The translations under genes and the position numbers were made by a program. This document shows positions 54,022 to 63,767 of a stretch of DNA of 64,000 bases, in pieces. The stretch is from contig JBBRNJ010000015.1 in NCBI GenBank assembly GCA_038230375.1, positions 32,001 to 96,000 on the forward strand, given 5' to 3'. Within the stretch, counting starts at the first letter, position 1. The number at the start of each line of letters is the position of its first letter. The DNA is from Polyangiales bacterium (GTDB taxonomy: Bacteria > Myxococcota_A > Polyangia > Polyangiales > Polyangiaceae). Under the pieces are notes generated by a model. That model saw nothing but the letters and a program-made list of their open reading frames with translations. It searched no databases and was not told where the DNA came from.

Positions 54022-54800
54022 CGGGGAGCGCCCCCATCCACGCCGCCGCCACCTGCGCCACCGCCTGCAGGGGCTGGGGCTGGCGTCACGCTCAGGGGCT
54101 CCTTGAGCTCCGTCAGGCGGTCTTTCGCCGCCACCGGCACGGGCTGCCCGACGGGCTTTCCGTCGAAGAAGGCCTTCAGGACGTAGTCACCGTTTGCGAG
54201 CGTGAACGCGAACGCGTTGTCGCGGCCCGGATAGGTGATCTGGACGGCTTGCGAATCGACGATGACCCAGGTCCGCACGCTCGGGGAGAGCTCGTCGCGG
54301 AACTCGAACTTGCCAGCGCCCGTCGGTGCGACCCATTCACGGACGCCACCAGCGCTCTGGTTCTCCGGCTTGAAGGTGGCAATACCCACCCCGTAGATGC
54401 GGTGGTTGAACGGGTCGAAGTTCTTGAACTGGAGCTTCTGCCCGGGCGCCACGACGATCGTGGTGGGGTAGATGCGCCCGCCCGTGAGGCTCATCAACAT
54501 GGCCTTTTCCTGCGGTGCGCCGCCACCAGAGGACATCGCCGCGATGCAGAGATCGTGCGAAGGATTCCCTGACAGATTGAAGAACTTGGAGTCGACCGCG
54601 GGGGACGGCTCGCGCCAGGTCCAGCGGTGTGCATCCGTCTTGGCTGCCTCGACGTAGACGTCTGGGAACAGCTTCTCGTGGCCGATGATCCGCCCGCGAA
54701 CGTTCGGGTTCACGGCAGAGACGGAGGGCGCCACCAAGGACGCCACAGTGAACGCCAAAAGCGCTCCAGCCAGGGCAAGGCAAGAAGGTAGTTTCTGCAT
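54018..54800 (-). CDS. Secreted protein with cupredoxin-like fold
   Basis: Signal peptide; P...VVAPG..L.F.N.D..H.IY pattern; ATGA coupling to the downstream gene. Confidence 0.6.
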   Translation of the reverse strand: MQKLPSCLALAGALLAFTVASLVAPSVSAVNPNVRGRIIGHEKLFPDVYVEAAKTDAHRWTWREPSPAVDSKFFNLSGNPSHDLCIAAMSSGGGAPQEKAMLMSLTGGRIYPTTIVVAPGQKLQFKNFDPFNHRIYGVGIATFKPENQSAGGVREWVAPTGAGKFEFRDELSPSVRTWVIVDSQAVQITYPGRDNAFAFTLANGDYVLKAFFDGKPVGQPVPVAAKDRLTELKEPLSVTPAPAPAGGGAGGGGVDGGAPR

Positions 54801-54878
54801 GTCTTCCGGGAGATGCCGAGACTACACTACTGAGCGTAACGCGTCATCGCTCAGATTTCGGGGTATGCTTCTCCCATA

Positions 54879-56825
54879 GTGGACCAGCGCGAGCAGCGCG
54901 AGCAGCGGCCGCCCCGTCCGCCTGCCGAGAGCGTCGGAGACGACGAAGCCCTTCCGGTTTCGGTGCGGACGTCCATCGTACCGGTGCCCTTGAAACCCCG
55001 GGGGGACCGCCCGGCGCCGCTGGTCTTCAAGCAGGGCGCGCGGGCTCCGTACGGGGTGCGCTGGTACGGAGTCACGTCCCTTTACGGCCACATGCGGAAT
55101 TTCGTGTCCCGTGCGATCGCGGCAGAGTCGGTCGACTCGCGCGACTGGATGCGGCCGAACCCACCGGCGGACCTGCTCGCGTCGGCCTGCCGGACGCTGG
55201 AGATCCAGCCCGCGCCTTCCCTGGTCGAGGCGCTCGGTCGTCCCGTGTGGATCGATTTCGCCGCGGACACGGGCGACGACCGTGATGTCTCCGCCGCCGT
55301 GGGCCGCATGGTCTCGGACGTGTACCAGGTGGATGGCCGGGTGCTGCCTCGTGGGGACGTGCTCCTCTTTGGCGGGGACATCGCCTATCCGGTCGCGACC
55401 GCGGACGAGATCCACGCGCGCCTCATTCTTCCGTGGAACGAGTCGCTGCGCGAGCTGCGGTCGAGCGGCGAGCGGCGCGTCCTGCTCGGCGTCCCAGGCA
55501 ACCACGACTGGTACGACGGACTCGACGGCTTCGGCCGCCTCTTTCGCAAGCGTGTCGACGAGCCGCTGCGGACCGATCACAAGGACCAGCGCTCTCGGCT
55601 GGCGCAGCGGATCGCGCGGCGGCGCGGCCGCAAGCTGGGTCTCGTGGCGCGCGGGCTCCACCTGGACGAGGTGGGCGCGGCGGTCGGATTCCTGCCGCGC
55701 ATCTTCAAGTCCGTACGGGCGTTCTTCCGGGGCGTCGCAATCCGTCGCCGGAGGCGTCTCGCGCTGCGTGGCTACGAGCCCGTGCAGGAGGCCAGCTATT
55801 TCGTGCTGCCGCTTGCGCGCGGGCTCGAGCTCTGGGGCGCGGACCGTCAGCTCGGGCGCGTGGACTTCCGCCAGCGAAGCTTCTTCAAGAAGCACCGCCA
55901 GAGGCACCCAGAGATGCGCGTGCTCTTCGCGGCCGGCGACCCTGCGATAGCGTACGGCGAGCGGCACGCACCCGGTGCGGACATGCTTGCGGCCTGCCGG
56001 CTCTCCTTCCTGGACGACCGTGTCTTCTTCCTTGCAGGGGACTACCACCACTACGAGCGGCGCGCGGTCGGCGACAAGAGCATCCACGTCATCGCCGGCG
56101 GCGGCGGTGCATTCTTGCATGGTACACGTATCGCGCCGTACCCCGATGGCGACCCCGCACGCGTCTGGCCCGACGCGAAGATGACCAAGCAGCTGGTGTG
56201 GCAGGTCCCACTGAAGCTCATGGCGGGTCGAGCCGGTCTGATGGTGCACATCGCGTTCGGGCTCTTCGGATTCCTGGCGATGGGTGCGGCGGAGCGAAGC
56301 GGCACGGCGCTGGCGCTCGCGTCGCTCGTGATGAGCGGCCTCATCTGGATGTTGCTCTTCGGCGTGGGCGCGGCGCAAGGTCGGCACCCGAAGAAGATCG
56401 CGGCCGTGTCACTCCCGTTCGGCGTGGCGCTGGGCTTTCTTCCGATGCTGCTGCGCATGGCGATCCCGCGCGTGGTGCCACACCTTGCACAAGACACCGT
56501 GGTGCTGATCGCCTACGCATTCGCGGGGTCGTTCCTCTTTGGCCTCTTCCTTGTGGCCGTGACGGTGCTGGGCCTGGAGCACCAGCAAGCGTTCACGGTC
56601 CTGGGTCATCCGGGGTTCAAGCATTTCGTGAGGCTGTGCGTGCACCCGAGCGGGAAGATCGAGGCGTGGGTCATCGGCAAGGACGACATGCTGGCGACGG
56701 GGGATCCGGAGCTGATCGACAAGTTCGAGTGGCCGACGACGGCGGCGACTTCGACATCGACCTCGACTTCGACGACGACTTCGACGGCGACTTCGACGAC
56801 GACCTCGACTTCGACGACGACCTGA
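54879..56825 (+). CDS. Calcineurin-like metallophosphoesterase with C-terminal TM helices
   Basis: ADTGD, GGDIAYP, PGNHDWYD, GDYHHY, GGGGAFLH; four hydrophobic segments. Confidence 0.85.
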   Translation: MDQREQREQRPPRPPAESVGDDEALPVSVRTSIVPVPLKPRGDRPAPLVFKQGARAPYGVRWYGVTSLYGHMRNFVSRAIAAESVDSRDWMRPNPPADLLASACRTLEIQPAPSLVEALGRPVWIDFAADTGDDRDVSAAVGRMVSDVYQVDGRVLPRGDVLLFGGDIAYPVATADEIHARLILPWNESLRELRSSGERRVLLGVPGNHDWYDGLDGFGRLFRKRVDEPLRTDHKDQRSRLAQRIARRRGRKLGLVARGLHLDEVGAAVGFLPRIFKSVRAFFRGVAIRRRRRLALRGYEPVQEASYFVLPLARGLELWGADRQLGRVDFRQRSFFKKHRQRHPEMRVLFAAGDPAIAYGERHAPGADMLAACRLSFLDDRVFFLAGDYHHYERRAVGDKSIHVIAGGGGAFLHGTRIAPYPDGDPARVWPDAKMTKQLVWQVPLKLMAGRAGLMVHIAFGLFGFLAMGAAERSGTALALASLVMSGLIWMLLFGVGAAQGRHPKKIAAVSLPFGVALGFLPMLLRMAIPRVVPHLAQDTVVLIAYAFAGSFLFGLFLVAVTVLGLEHQQAFTVLGHPGFKHFVRLCVHPSGKIEAWVIGKDDMLATGDPELIDKFEWPTTAATSTSTSTSTTTSTATSTTTSTSTTT

Positions 56826-56927
56826 ACATCGACTTCGACGACGACGACCTCGACTTCGACGACGACCTGAACCTCGACCTCGACCTCGACGACGACCTGA
56901 ACCTCGACCTCGACCTCGACTTCGACC
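56734..56927 (+). repeat. Degenerate GAC/hexamer array running through the stop codon into the convergent gap
   Basis: Units GAC-(CTC/TTC/GAC/CTG/ATC) with occasional AAC; about 190 bp. Confidence 0.92.
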
Positions 56928-56934
56928 TTCGGCG

Positions 56935-58308
56935 TTAGCCTACTGGGCGCAGGAGGATCACGAAGCGGGTTCCCGTTCCGTCTTCGCCTGGCTCGGCCCA
57001 GATTTCTCCCTTGTGCTGCTCGACGATGTTTCGCACGATCGACAGGCCCAGGCCCGTGCCGCGGCCTTCGCTCTTCGTCGTGAAGAAGGGCGTGAAGATG
57101 TTGGTGAGGTTCTCCACGGGGATGCCGTGGCCGTTGTCCTCGACGGTGACCTTCACACGCTCGTCGAGCATGGACGTGGTGACGTGGAGGCGTCCGGCGG
57201 TCGCGGGCATGGCATGACAGGCGTTCGTGACAAGGTTCACGAAGACCTGCGCCAGCTGCTCCGACATGCCGGAGACGTCAGGCACGGTGACGAAGTCGCG
57301 CGACACCTCTGCCCCCGCCTCTGCGATGACGTGCTCGCAGAACGCGAGCGCGCGATCGATCACCGTGGACACGCGCACGGGCTCGGTCCGCTGCTGCGAG
57401 GGCCGTGAGTACGTGACCAGATCACGCGTGAAACGGAGCATGCGCGTGGCGGACTCACTGATGCGGCGCAGGCGCTCGACATCGGCCGGATCCGAGGGGG
57501 TCGATGTCATCTTGCGGAGCAAGAGGTCGGTGTACGCGACGATCGAGGTGAGCGGGTTGTTCAGCTCGTGCACGACGCCCGCAGCGATCTGGCCCAGCGA
57601 AGCGAGCTTCTCCGCCTGCACCATGTGCCCCATGAGCACGCGCAGGTTCGTGGCGTCTTCGTTCGCCTTCCCGTGCGAACGCGCGAAGAGCAGGCCGCGG
57701 CCCATGCCCTGCGCGGCGCGCTCGAGCACATGCCTGGTGGCGGAGTCGGCCTCCATGAGATTCGGGTCGTCGCCGGCGACGTGCAGCGTGGTGCCGTTGG
57801 GCTCGGCGCCGAGCGAGAACTCGAACGCATAGCCCGGGAAGAGCCGCGTGGGATCCATGCCGACGGCGCGGTGGTCCTCACCAGGCGGCGTGACCTTGTA
57901 GACCTTCTGCTCCGCGCCGCTGAGATCGCGCGTGCTCTTGCGCTCCGCGTTGAGCCCGTTCGCAGGAGGGGCTGATACCAGGCAAGCGCCCACGCCGCAC
58001 GCGGGCAGGATGTCGGAGAGCGCGCGAAGCATCGCGAGGACCACTGCCTCCTCGCCTTCGGAGACGGGGAGGTCGATCGTCGCAACGAGGAGTCTGTCGA
58101 GCCACGTCCCTGGCACGCTCGCGAGGCCGAGGCGCCCGGCGGAGATGCGCACCTCGCGGCTCACCGGCATGCTGGACTGGACGGGCGTATGCGACTCGCT
58201 GACCTGCTGGTGCTCTCCAGAGGCGCGGCGCGTGTGCTCGCCCGAGGCGCGCTCTTCGGCGCTCTTCTCGCTCGCCTTCTCTTCGGGTGTTGCGTCGGTC
58301 TCTGCCAT
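56935..58308 (-). CDS. Cytoplasmic sensor histidine kinase (HisKA + HATPase)
   Basis: HELNNPL, VNLVTNA, DNGHG, FFTTK, GTGLGL. Confidence 0.92.
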   Translation of the reverse strand: MAETDATPEEKASEKSAEERASGEHTRRASGEHQQVSESHTPVQSSMPVSREVRISAGRLGLASVPGTWLDRLLVATIDLPVSEGEEAVVLAMLRALSDILPACGVGACLVSAPPANGLNAERKSTRDLSGAEQKVYKVTPPGEDHRAVGMDPTRLFPGYAFEFSLGAEPNGTTLHVAGDDPNLMEADSATRHVLERAAQGMGRGLLFARSHGKANEDATNLRVLMGHMVQAEKLASLGQIAAGVVHELNNPLTSIVAYTDLLLRKMTSTPSDPADVERLRRISESATRMLRFTRDLVTYSRPSQQRTEPVRVSTVIDRALAFCEHVIAEAGAEVSRDFVTVPDVSGMSEQLAQVFVNLVTNACHAMPATAGRLHVTTSMLDERVKVTVEDNGHGIPVENLTNIFTPFFTTKSEGRGTGLGLSIVRNIVEQHKGEIWAEPGEDGTGTRFVILLRPVG

Positions 58309-60353
58309 CAGGTGTTGGGCTCCGGCGCGGGTTCTGATGTCTTCGTCGAATCTTCGCTCGCCTTGTCCAGGTCGAGGATCTTCTGCTTCCCCACGTAGCT
58401 CTTCGTTTCGTACTTGGTGATCTTGCCGATCTTGCGGACGATCTCCGCCATGCGCTCCGTCTCCTGCTCGATCACGGCGGCGGCGCGCTCACCCTGCGAG
58501 CCCTCGGTGAGGAGGCGACGGAGCAGCGTGGCGTAATTCAGGACCGACGTGAGCGGCTGGTTCAGCTCGTGCGCGGCCGCGCCTGCGAGCTCCGCGATGA
58601 CGGCCTGGCGCTCCTGATCGATCAGCTGGTCTTGCGCCTGCTTCAGGCTCTGCTCCATGCGCATCTTCTCGCGAAGGTCGGTGAAGATGCCGACACTGCC
58701 GACAGGAACGTCGCGATCGTAGATGAGCGCGCCCGCAAAGCTCACAGGCACCGCCGCACCGCTGCCGTCCAGGATCTCCGTGCGAAGCCCCTCGACGCGG
58801 CCCTTGCCGTCGCGGATGAGCCGCATGTGACGCTCCGCTGTGCCCTTCGGATAGAGCTCGCGAACGTCGAGGCCAACGACGTCCTTCGCCTCGCGACGGT
58901 AGATTCGCTCCGCTGCGCGATTGAAGAACACCACGCGGCCCTCCATGTCCGCGCTGATGATCGCGTCCACGGAGGAGTCGATGACGCGCTGGAGGAAGTC
59001 CTTCGTCTTAAGGAGCTCGGCCTCGACCGCGCGCTCCTGCGTCACGTCGCGGAACGTGCAGAGGATGGCGCCCTCTTCGCGGAGGACGCTGGAGAAGTTC
59101 ATGCTGAGCACCAGCTTCGCGCCGTCCAGCTTGCGCTCCACGCGCACATCCATGCCTTGCGGGTACTCGCCGCGCGCAAAGCTCTCCTTGAGGATCGGGC
59201 CCAGGTCACCGTCGCCGCCGTTGAAGAAGACGTCCAGCAGCCGGCGCCCGCGGAGCTCCTCTTCCTCGTAGCCCGTGATCTTGCGCGCGGTGGGGTTGGA
59301 GAAGAGCAGGTGCCCCTCCGCGTCGATCACGACGATACCGTCCGCCGAGCTCTCGAAGAAATCCGCGTAGCGCTGCAGCGAGCGCAGGCGGCGCTCTGCC
59401 TCGAAGCGTGCGACCGTGACCTGCTGCGTCTGATCGCGAAGTGACTGCAGCACGCGGGCATTCCGCAGCGCGATCGCCATGGCGCCAGAGATGGTGCGGC
59501 ACAGATCGACCTCGCGCTCACCGAAGCCATAGGCGGCGCGCGCGCGCAGGAAGATGACGCCGAGCGGCTTCTTCTCGTACAGGATCGGCAGGACGCACAT
59601 GGAGCTGAACGCGATCGGGTTCTCGCCGTTCTCCCGACCCGCCTGCTCAGCCCGCACAATGTCGAAGAGCGGATGCTTCGTGGCGTCCGGGATGATGAGC
59701 GGCGCGCCGCTGGTGAGCACCTGCTGGATCTCGGGGTACCTCCCCAGGTCGATCGGCAGGTCGCGGAGCTGCTCGTCGTCGCTCGCGGCCACGACGTAAC
59801 CGACATTGCCGGTCTCGCGGACCAGGACGATGGACACGCGGTCGATGTGCCCGACCTCCGCGATGCGCTGCACGACGGTGAAGAGGATGCCGCGGAAATC
59901 CAGGTTCGACGCGAGCGCCTGCGTGAGCTCGAGGACGACCTGCGCGTCGCGCTCCTTCTGCGCGAGCGTCTCCATTGCAGTGCGCAGGCGCAGCTGGCCG
60001 CGAACGCGCGCGACGAGCTCCACGGGCTTGAAGGGCTTGCGCACGAAGTCGTCGGCGCCTGCCTCGAAGGCCTTCGCGACCTCGTCGTCAGCGTCGATCG
60101 CCGTGAGCACCACGACCGGAAGGTCGCGTGTCTCTGCGCGCGCTCGCAGGATCCGGAGGACCTGATAGCCGTCCGGCGGCGGCATCACGAGATCGAGCAA
60201 TACGATCGACGGATGGACCTTCTCGATCTGCGCGAGCGCCTCTGCTCCCGATCCCACGCTGACATAGTCGAGCTTCGCGGCGGCAAGCGCCTGCCCGAGC
60301 ACATGACGACTCACGGTGTCGTCGTCGACCACCAGAACGGGACCGGCGCTCAT
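58308..60353 (-). CDS. REC-GAF-PAS-PAS-HisKA protein lacking an ATPase domain
   Basis: VVDDD/LLDLVMP/KPF receiver, GAF, two PAS domains, AHELNQPL, then ends without N/G boxes. Confidence 0.88.
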   Translation of the reverse strand: MSAGPVLVVDDDTVSRHVLGQALAAAKLDYVSVGSGAEALAQIEKVHPSIVLLDLVMPPPDGYQVLRILRARAETRDLPVVVLTAIDADDEVAKAFEAGADDFVRKPFKPVELVARVRGQLRLRTAMETLAQKERDAQVVLELTQALASNLDFRGILFTVVQRIAEVGHIDRVSIVLVRETGNVGYVVAASDDEQLRDLPIDLGRYPEIQQVLTSGAPLIIPDATKHPLFDIVRAEQAGRENGENPIAFSSMCVLPILYEKKPLGVIFLRARAAYGFGEREVDLCRTISGAMAIALRNARVLQSLRDQTQQVTVARFEAERRLRSLQRYADFFESSADGIVVIDAEGHLLFSNPTARKITGYEEEELRGRRLLDVFFNGGDGDLGPILKESFARGEYPQGMDVRVERKLDGAKLVLSMNFSSVLREEGAILCTFRDVTQERAVEAELLKTKDFLQRVIDSSVDAIISADMEGRVVFFNRAAERIYRREAKDVVGLDVRELYPKGTAERHMRLIRDGKGRVEGLRTEILDGSGAAVPVSFAGALIYDRDVPVGSVGIFTDLREKMRMEQSLKQAQDQLIDQERQAVIAELAGAAAHELNQPLTSVLNYATLLRRLLTEGSQGERAAAVIEQETERMAEIVRKIGKITKYETKSYVGKQKILDLDKASEDSTKTSEPAPEPNT

Positions 60354-60450
60354 CCAGCTCTAAATCTATACGGATTTCAGGTAAAAGCAACGCCCCCCGT
60401 CCAATCGGTTTGGGCAAGTTCTTCAGCTGGCTCAGGTCAGGCTGGCTCGC

Positions 60451-61299
60451 TCATGTTTCAGTGCCGTTGAGGCTCAGGTCGCCGCTGCCCTTGTCGTCGC
60501 CCTTGCCATCGAGGATGGTGAGCGGCCCCTTGAGCGACACGGTGGTGATGCGGCTGCCCTTCGGGTTCACGCCGATGGTGCCTTCGAGCTTCGCGCGGAG
60601 GCGCAGACCGCCGTCGATCTTCTGTGTGAAGGTGAAGCTCACGCCGAACTCGGCCTGGTCCGCGGTGGCGGACTTCAGGATGAACTCCACGCCGTCGACC
60701 GTGGTCTTGCCGTCGTCCTTGATGCCGATCATGTCGAGCACCGAGTCCGTCGACGGAACGAGCTTCTCGCCGACCTTCAGCGCGCGGTTCGGCAGGAACT
60801 CGGCGGCCTTGTCCTTCTCGAAGACGTCGGCGTAGTGATCGTGGAGCTCCTTCAGCTGCGTTGCGCCGACCTTGGCGCCACCGGAGTCCTGCGCAGAGAG
60901 CTTGCCGTCATCCGCACGGCTCACGACGAAGCGCGAGCCCGCGAGCGGGTTGACGGATTTCTTCTCGTCACCTGTGCCCTCTTGCTTGGTCGAGAACAGC
61001 TCCTTCACGTCGAGCGCGGCCTTGGTCACGCGGAACTCGTCGGAGGCCTGCACCTCCACGGTGGTGGTCTGCTCCTCCGTCTGGCGGAAGACCTTGCCAC
61101 CGAAGGTGAACTTCATGGTCATCTTGTTGGTCGCCGTGAGCTTCGTGCCGGCCTTCGGAACGGACTTCACGAAGCTGATGTCCGTGGACGCGGCCGTGGT
61201 GCCGGCAGCGGCGTCACCGCCAACGGCATCCCCCTTCACCTTGCAGGAGCAGAGCGCCAACATCAGGATTGCGACGGCACCAAGAGCGAGTGTCTTCAT
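60451..61299 (-). CDS. Hypothetical lipoprotein
   Basis: Lipobox LCSC; beta-rich; strong codon bias. Confidence 0.7.
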   Translation of the reverse strand: MKTLALGAVAILMLALCSCKVKGDAVGGDAAAGTTAASTDISFVKSVPKAGTKLTATNKMTMKFTFGGKVFRQTEEQTTTVEVQASDEFRVTKAALDVKELFSTKQEGTGDEKKSVNPLAGSRFVVSRADDGKLSAQDSGGAKVGATQLKELHDHYADVFEKDKAAEFLPNRALKVGEKLVPSTDSVLDMIGIKDDGKTTVDGVEFILKSATADQAEFGVSFTFTQKIDGGLRLRAKLEGTIGVNPKGSRITTVSLKGPLTILDGKGDDKGSGDLSLNGTET

Positions 61300-61346
61300 G
61301 GGCCGACGAAAATAACACGAGAGCGGTTATTAACGGCAAGTAACCT

Positions 61347-61979
61347 TCAGCCGGCTCGCACCACCGACGCCACGGAATCGCGGCCGAGCGCGCGTTTCCA
61401 CCACGCCTCGAGGTGCGGGAGATTCGCGGTGACGTGAGGTGCGCCGATGATCGGCAGGCTCGCGACGTACGGCGCAAGCGATGCGTCGGCGAGCGAGAAC
61501 GCATCCCCCGCGAGCCACTGCGACGATGCAAGCGCGCGATCGTGGACGGCGAACGCCTTCGTCAGTGCCGCCTCCGCCGCGCTCTCCGCCATGGGGTCCG
61601 GCGCGTTGCCCTGGTGCTTCTTCAGGATGCGCTCCACGGCGAGCGCACGCGTGTGTGGCGCGACGTACGACTGGTCCACGGAGAGCCACTGCTCCATGCG
61701 CGCCGCGTCCTTCGCGTTCGTCGGCGTGAGGCGCGGGCCGGGCAGCGTCACGTCCAGGTAGCGGATGATCGCACGCGACTCGTACAGGAGGAACTCCCCG
61801 TCCTCGAGGACCGGGACGACACCGAACGGATGACGCGAAAGATGCGGCTCCCCCTTCTGTTCGCCCGTGAACAGGTCGACCGTGACGAACGTGTGCGCGC
61901 ACTTCTTCTCGGCGAGCGTGATGAGGACCTTGCGCGTGCAGCTGGAGAGCGGGTGACCGTGAACCTTGATGGTGTTCAT
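61347..61979 (-). CDS. Glutathione S-transferase (Phi-class-like)
   Basis: SSCTRKV, HPFGVVP, LYESRAI, EQWL, LAGDAFSLAD. Confidence 0.92.
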   Translation of the reverse strand: MNTIKVHGHPLSSCTRKVLITLAEKKCAHTFVTVDLFTGEQKGEPHLSRHPFGVVPVLEDGEFLLYESRAIIRYLDVTLPGPRLTPTNAKDAARMEQWLSVDQSYVAPHTRALAVERILKKHQGNAPDPMAESAAEAALTKAFAVHDRALASSQWLAGDAFSLADASLAPYVASLPIIGAPHVTANLPHLEAWWKRALGRDSVASVVRAG

Positions 61980-61994
61980 GCCACCAAGGAGCCG

Positions 61995-62555
61995 CTACCG
62001 GGGCCGGAGGATTTCGAAAATCGACTCGGGGTCCGCTTTTTTTGTTACCCGTGCGTCCTCGCGGAAGGAGCGGAGGAGCTCCGCCTTCACGGCCGCGCGA
62101 GCGCGATGCAGCCGCGACTTCATGGCCTCTACCGTGAGCCCGAGATGCGCGGCGGTGTCGTTCGTGCTCTCGCCGAGGATGTCGCGGTGGATGAGCACGT
62201 CGCGCAGCTCGGGCGCGAGGCCCTCGAGGATGTGCGAGAGGCGCTCGCGCAGGCGGCGGTCCACGAGCTGCTCTTCGGGGTTTGGCCCTTCGAGCGCGAG
62301 CGGCTCGGTGTCGTCCGTCAGCACGTGCTTGAGCGAGCGCCGCGCGAGGCGCGTGCAGTGCGTGCGGACCGCGCGAAAGAGCCACGACGAGAGCGCTGCG
62401 ATTTCGCGCAGGCTGCCGATGTACCGGGAGAGCGCGAGCAGGGCTTCCTGCGTCGCCTCCTCGGCGTCGGCAGGTGAGATGCAGAGGCGCGCGGCGTAGC
62501 GCACCACGTCCGGCCGGCGCTCACGGAGCAGCGAATCGATCTCCTTCGCGTTCAC
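61995..62555 (-). CDS. ECF RNA polymerase sigma factor
   Basis: DAEEATQEA, SWLFR (region 2); L...R.V...DI.G....TA..LG....AMKSRLHRAR (region 4). Confidence 0.9.
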   Translation of the reverse strand: MNAKEIDSLLRERRPDVVRYAARLCISPADAEEATQEALLALSRYIGSLREIAALSSWLFRAVRTHCTRLARRSLKHVLTDDTEPLALEGPNPEEQLVDRRLRERLSHILEGLAPELRDVLIHRDILGESTNDTAAHLGLTVEAMKSRLHRARAAVKAELLRSFREDARVTKKADPESIFEILRPR

Positions 62556-62569
62556 TAGCTATCCACTGC

Positions 62570-63628
62570 CTAGAAGAGGCCGCCCTGCGCGGCGCCCCCC
62601 TGCGGTGACTTCCCGAGGTGCTCGTATGCCTTGCGCGTGGCCACGCGACCACGCGGCGTGCGACCGATGAAGCCCTGCTGCAGCAAGTACGGCTCGTAGA
62701 CGTCCTCGATGGTGTCCCGGGGCTCGCCCAGGGCGGCGGCGAGTGTCTCCACGCCCACGGGCCCACCCTCGTAGTCCTCGATGATGATCTTGAGGAGGCG
62801 GCGGTCCATCTCGTCGAAGCCGGCGTCGTCGACCTCGAGCCGCTTGCACGCGTCGCGAACGCCGGCGGTGTCGATCGTTCCGTCGCCCAGGACATCCGCA
62901 AAGTCGCGGACGCGACGGAGAAGGCGGTTCGCGATGCGCGGCGTGCCACGTGCGCGCTTGCCGATCTCGGTGGCGGCGGCCTCCTCGATGGTGACGCCGA
63001 GCAGCGACGCGCTCCGCAGCACGATGCGCGCGAGCTCCGGCACCGGATAGAAGTCGAGCCGCATGACATGCCCGAACCGCGAGAAGAGCGGCGCCGTGAG
63101 GAGGCCGGTGCGCGTGGTGGCGCCGACGAGCGTGAACGGCGCGACGTCGATCTGGATCGAAGACGCGAACGCCCCCTCCCCCGTCATGATGTCGATGCGG
63201 AAGTCCTCGAGCGCGGGATAGAGGCTCTCCTCCACGATGGGATTCAGGCGATGAATCTCGTCGATGAAGAGGATGTCGTTCGGGCCGAGCTTGGTGAGCA
63301 GCCCGGCGAGCGCGCCCTTGTGCTCCACGACGGGGCCGTTCGTCATATGCAGCGCGACGCCCATCTCGTGAGCAAGGATCTGCGCGAGCGTGGTCTTGCC
63401 AAGACCAGGAGGACCACACAAGAGGAGGTGATCGAGCGGCTCACCGCGACGCTTCGCCGCGGTCACGAAGACGCGGAGGTTCTCCTTGTGCTTCTCCTGG
63501 CCGACGTAGTCGTCGAAGGTCTGAGGGCGAAGCGTGCGGTCGAAGCGTGTGTCGTCGCCGTGCGCCGCGCCGTCGACGGGGCGCGGCTCGGGGGGCTCCG
63601 GGGCCGCTTTTTTGGGAGGTTTCGCCAC
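62570..63628 (-). CDS. ruvB: Holliday junction branch-migration helicase RuvB
   Basis: [66 protein letters not shown]. Confidence 0.97.
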   Translation of the reverse strand: MAKPPKKAAPEPPEPRPVDGAAHGDDTRFDRTLRPQTFDDYVGQEKHKENLRVFVTAAKRRGEPLDHLLLCGPPGLGKTTLAQILAHEMGVALHMTNGPVVEHKGALAGLLTKLGPNDILFIDEIHRLNPIVEESLYPALEDFRIDIMTGEGAFASSIQIDVAPFTLVGATTRTGLLTAPLFSRFGHVMRLDFYPVPELARIVLRSASLLGVTIEEAAATEIGKRARGTPRIANRLLRRVRDFADVLGDGTIDTAGVRDACKRLEVDDAGFDEMDRRLLKIIIEDYEGGPVGVETLAAALGEPRDTIEDVYEPYLLQQGFIGRTPRGRVATRKAYEHLGKSPQGGAAQGGLF

Positions 63629-63767
63629 GTCCCTCCTTCTACACGATCTTGGCGGGGACCTTGCAGGTCAGGCCTCGGAGATGACCGAATCCCCTTCGTC
63701 GCCACGACGCCGGCCAGGAGAGAACGCGCCAGAACAGGCGAGTTTCTCGGAGCAGAGCCGCGAACGG

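Noticed and set aside
63700..63765. GAAC direct repeats upstream of ruvB as an SOS box
   Set aside because: No GAAC-N4-GTTC; spacing is N6, which matches no box I know.
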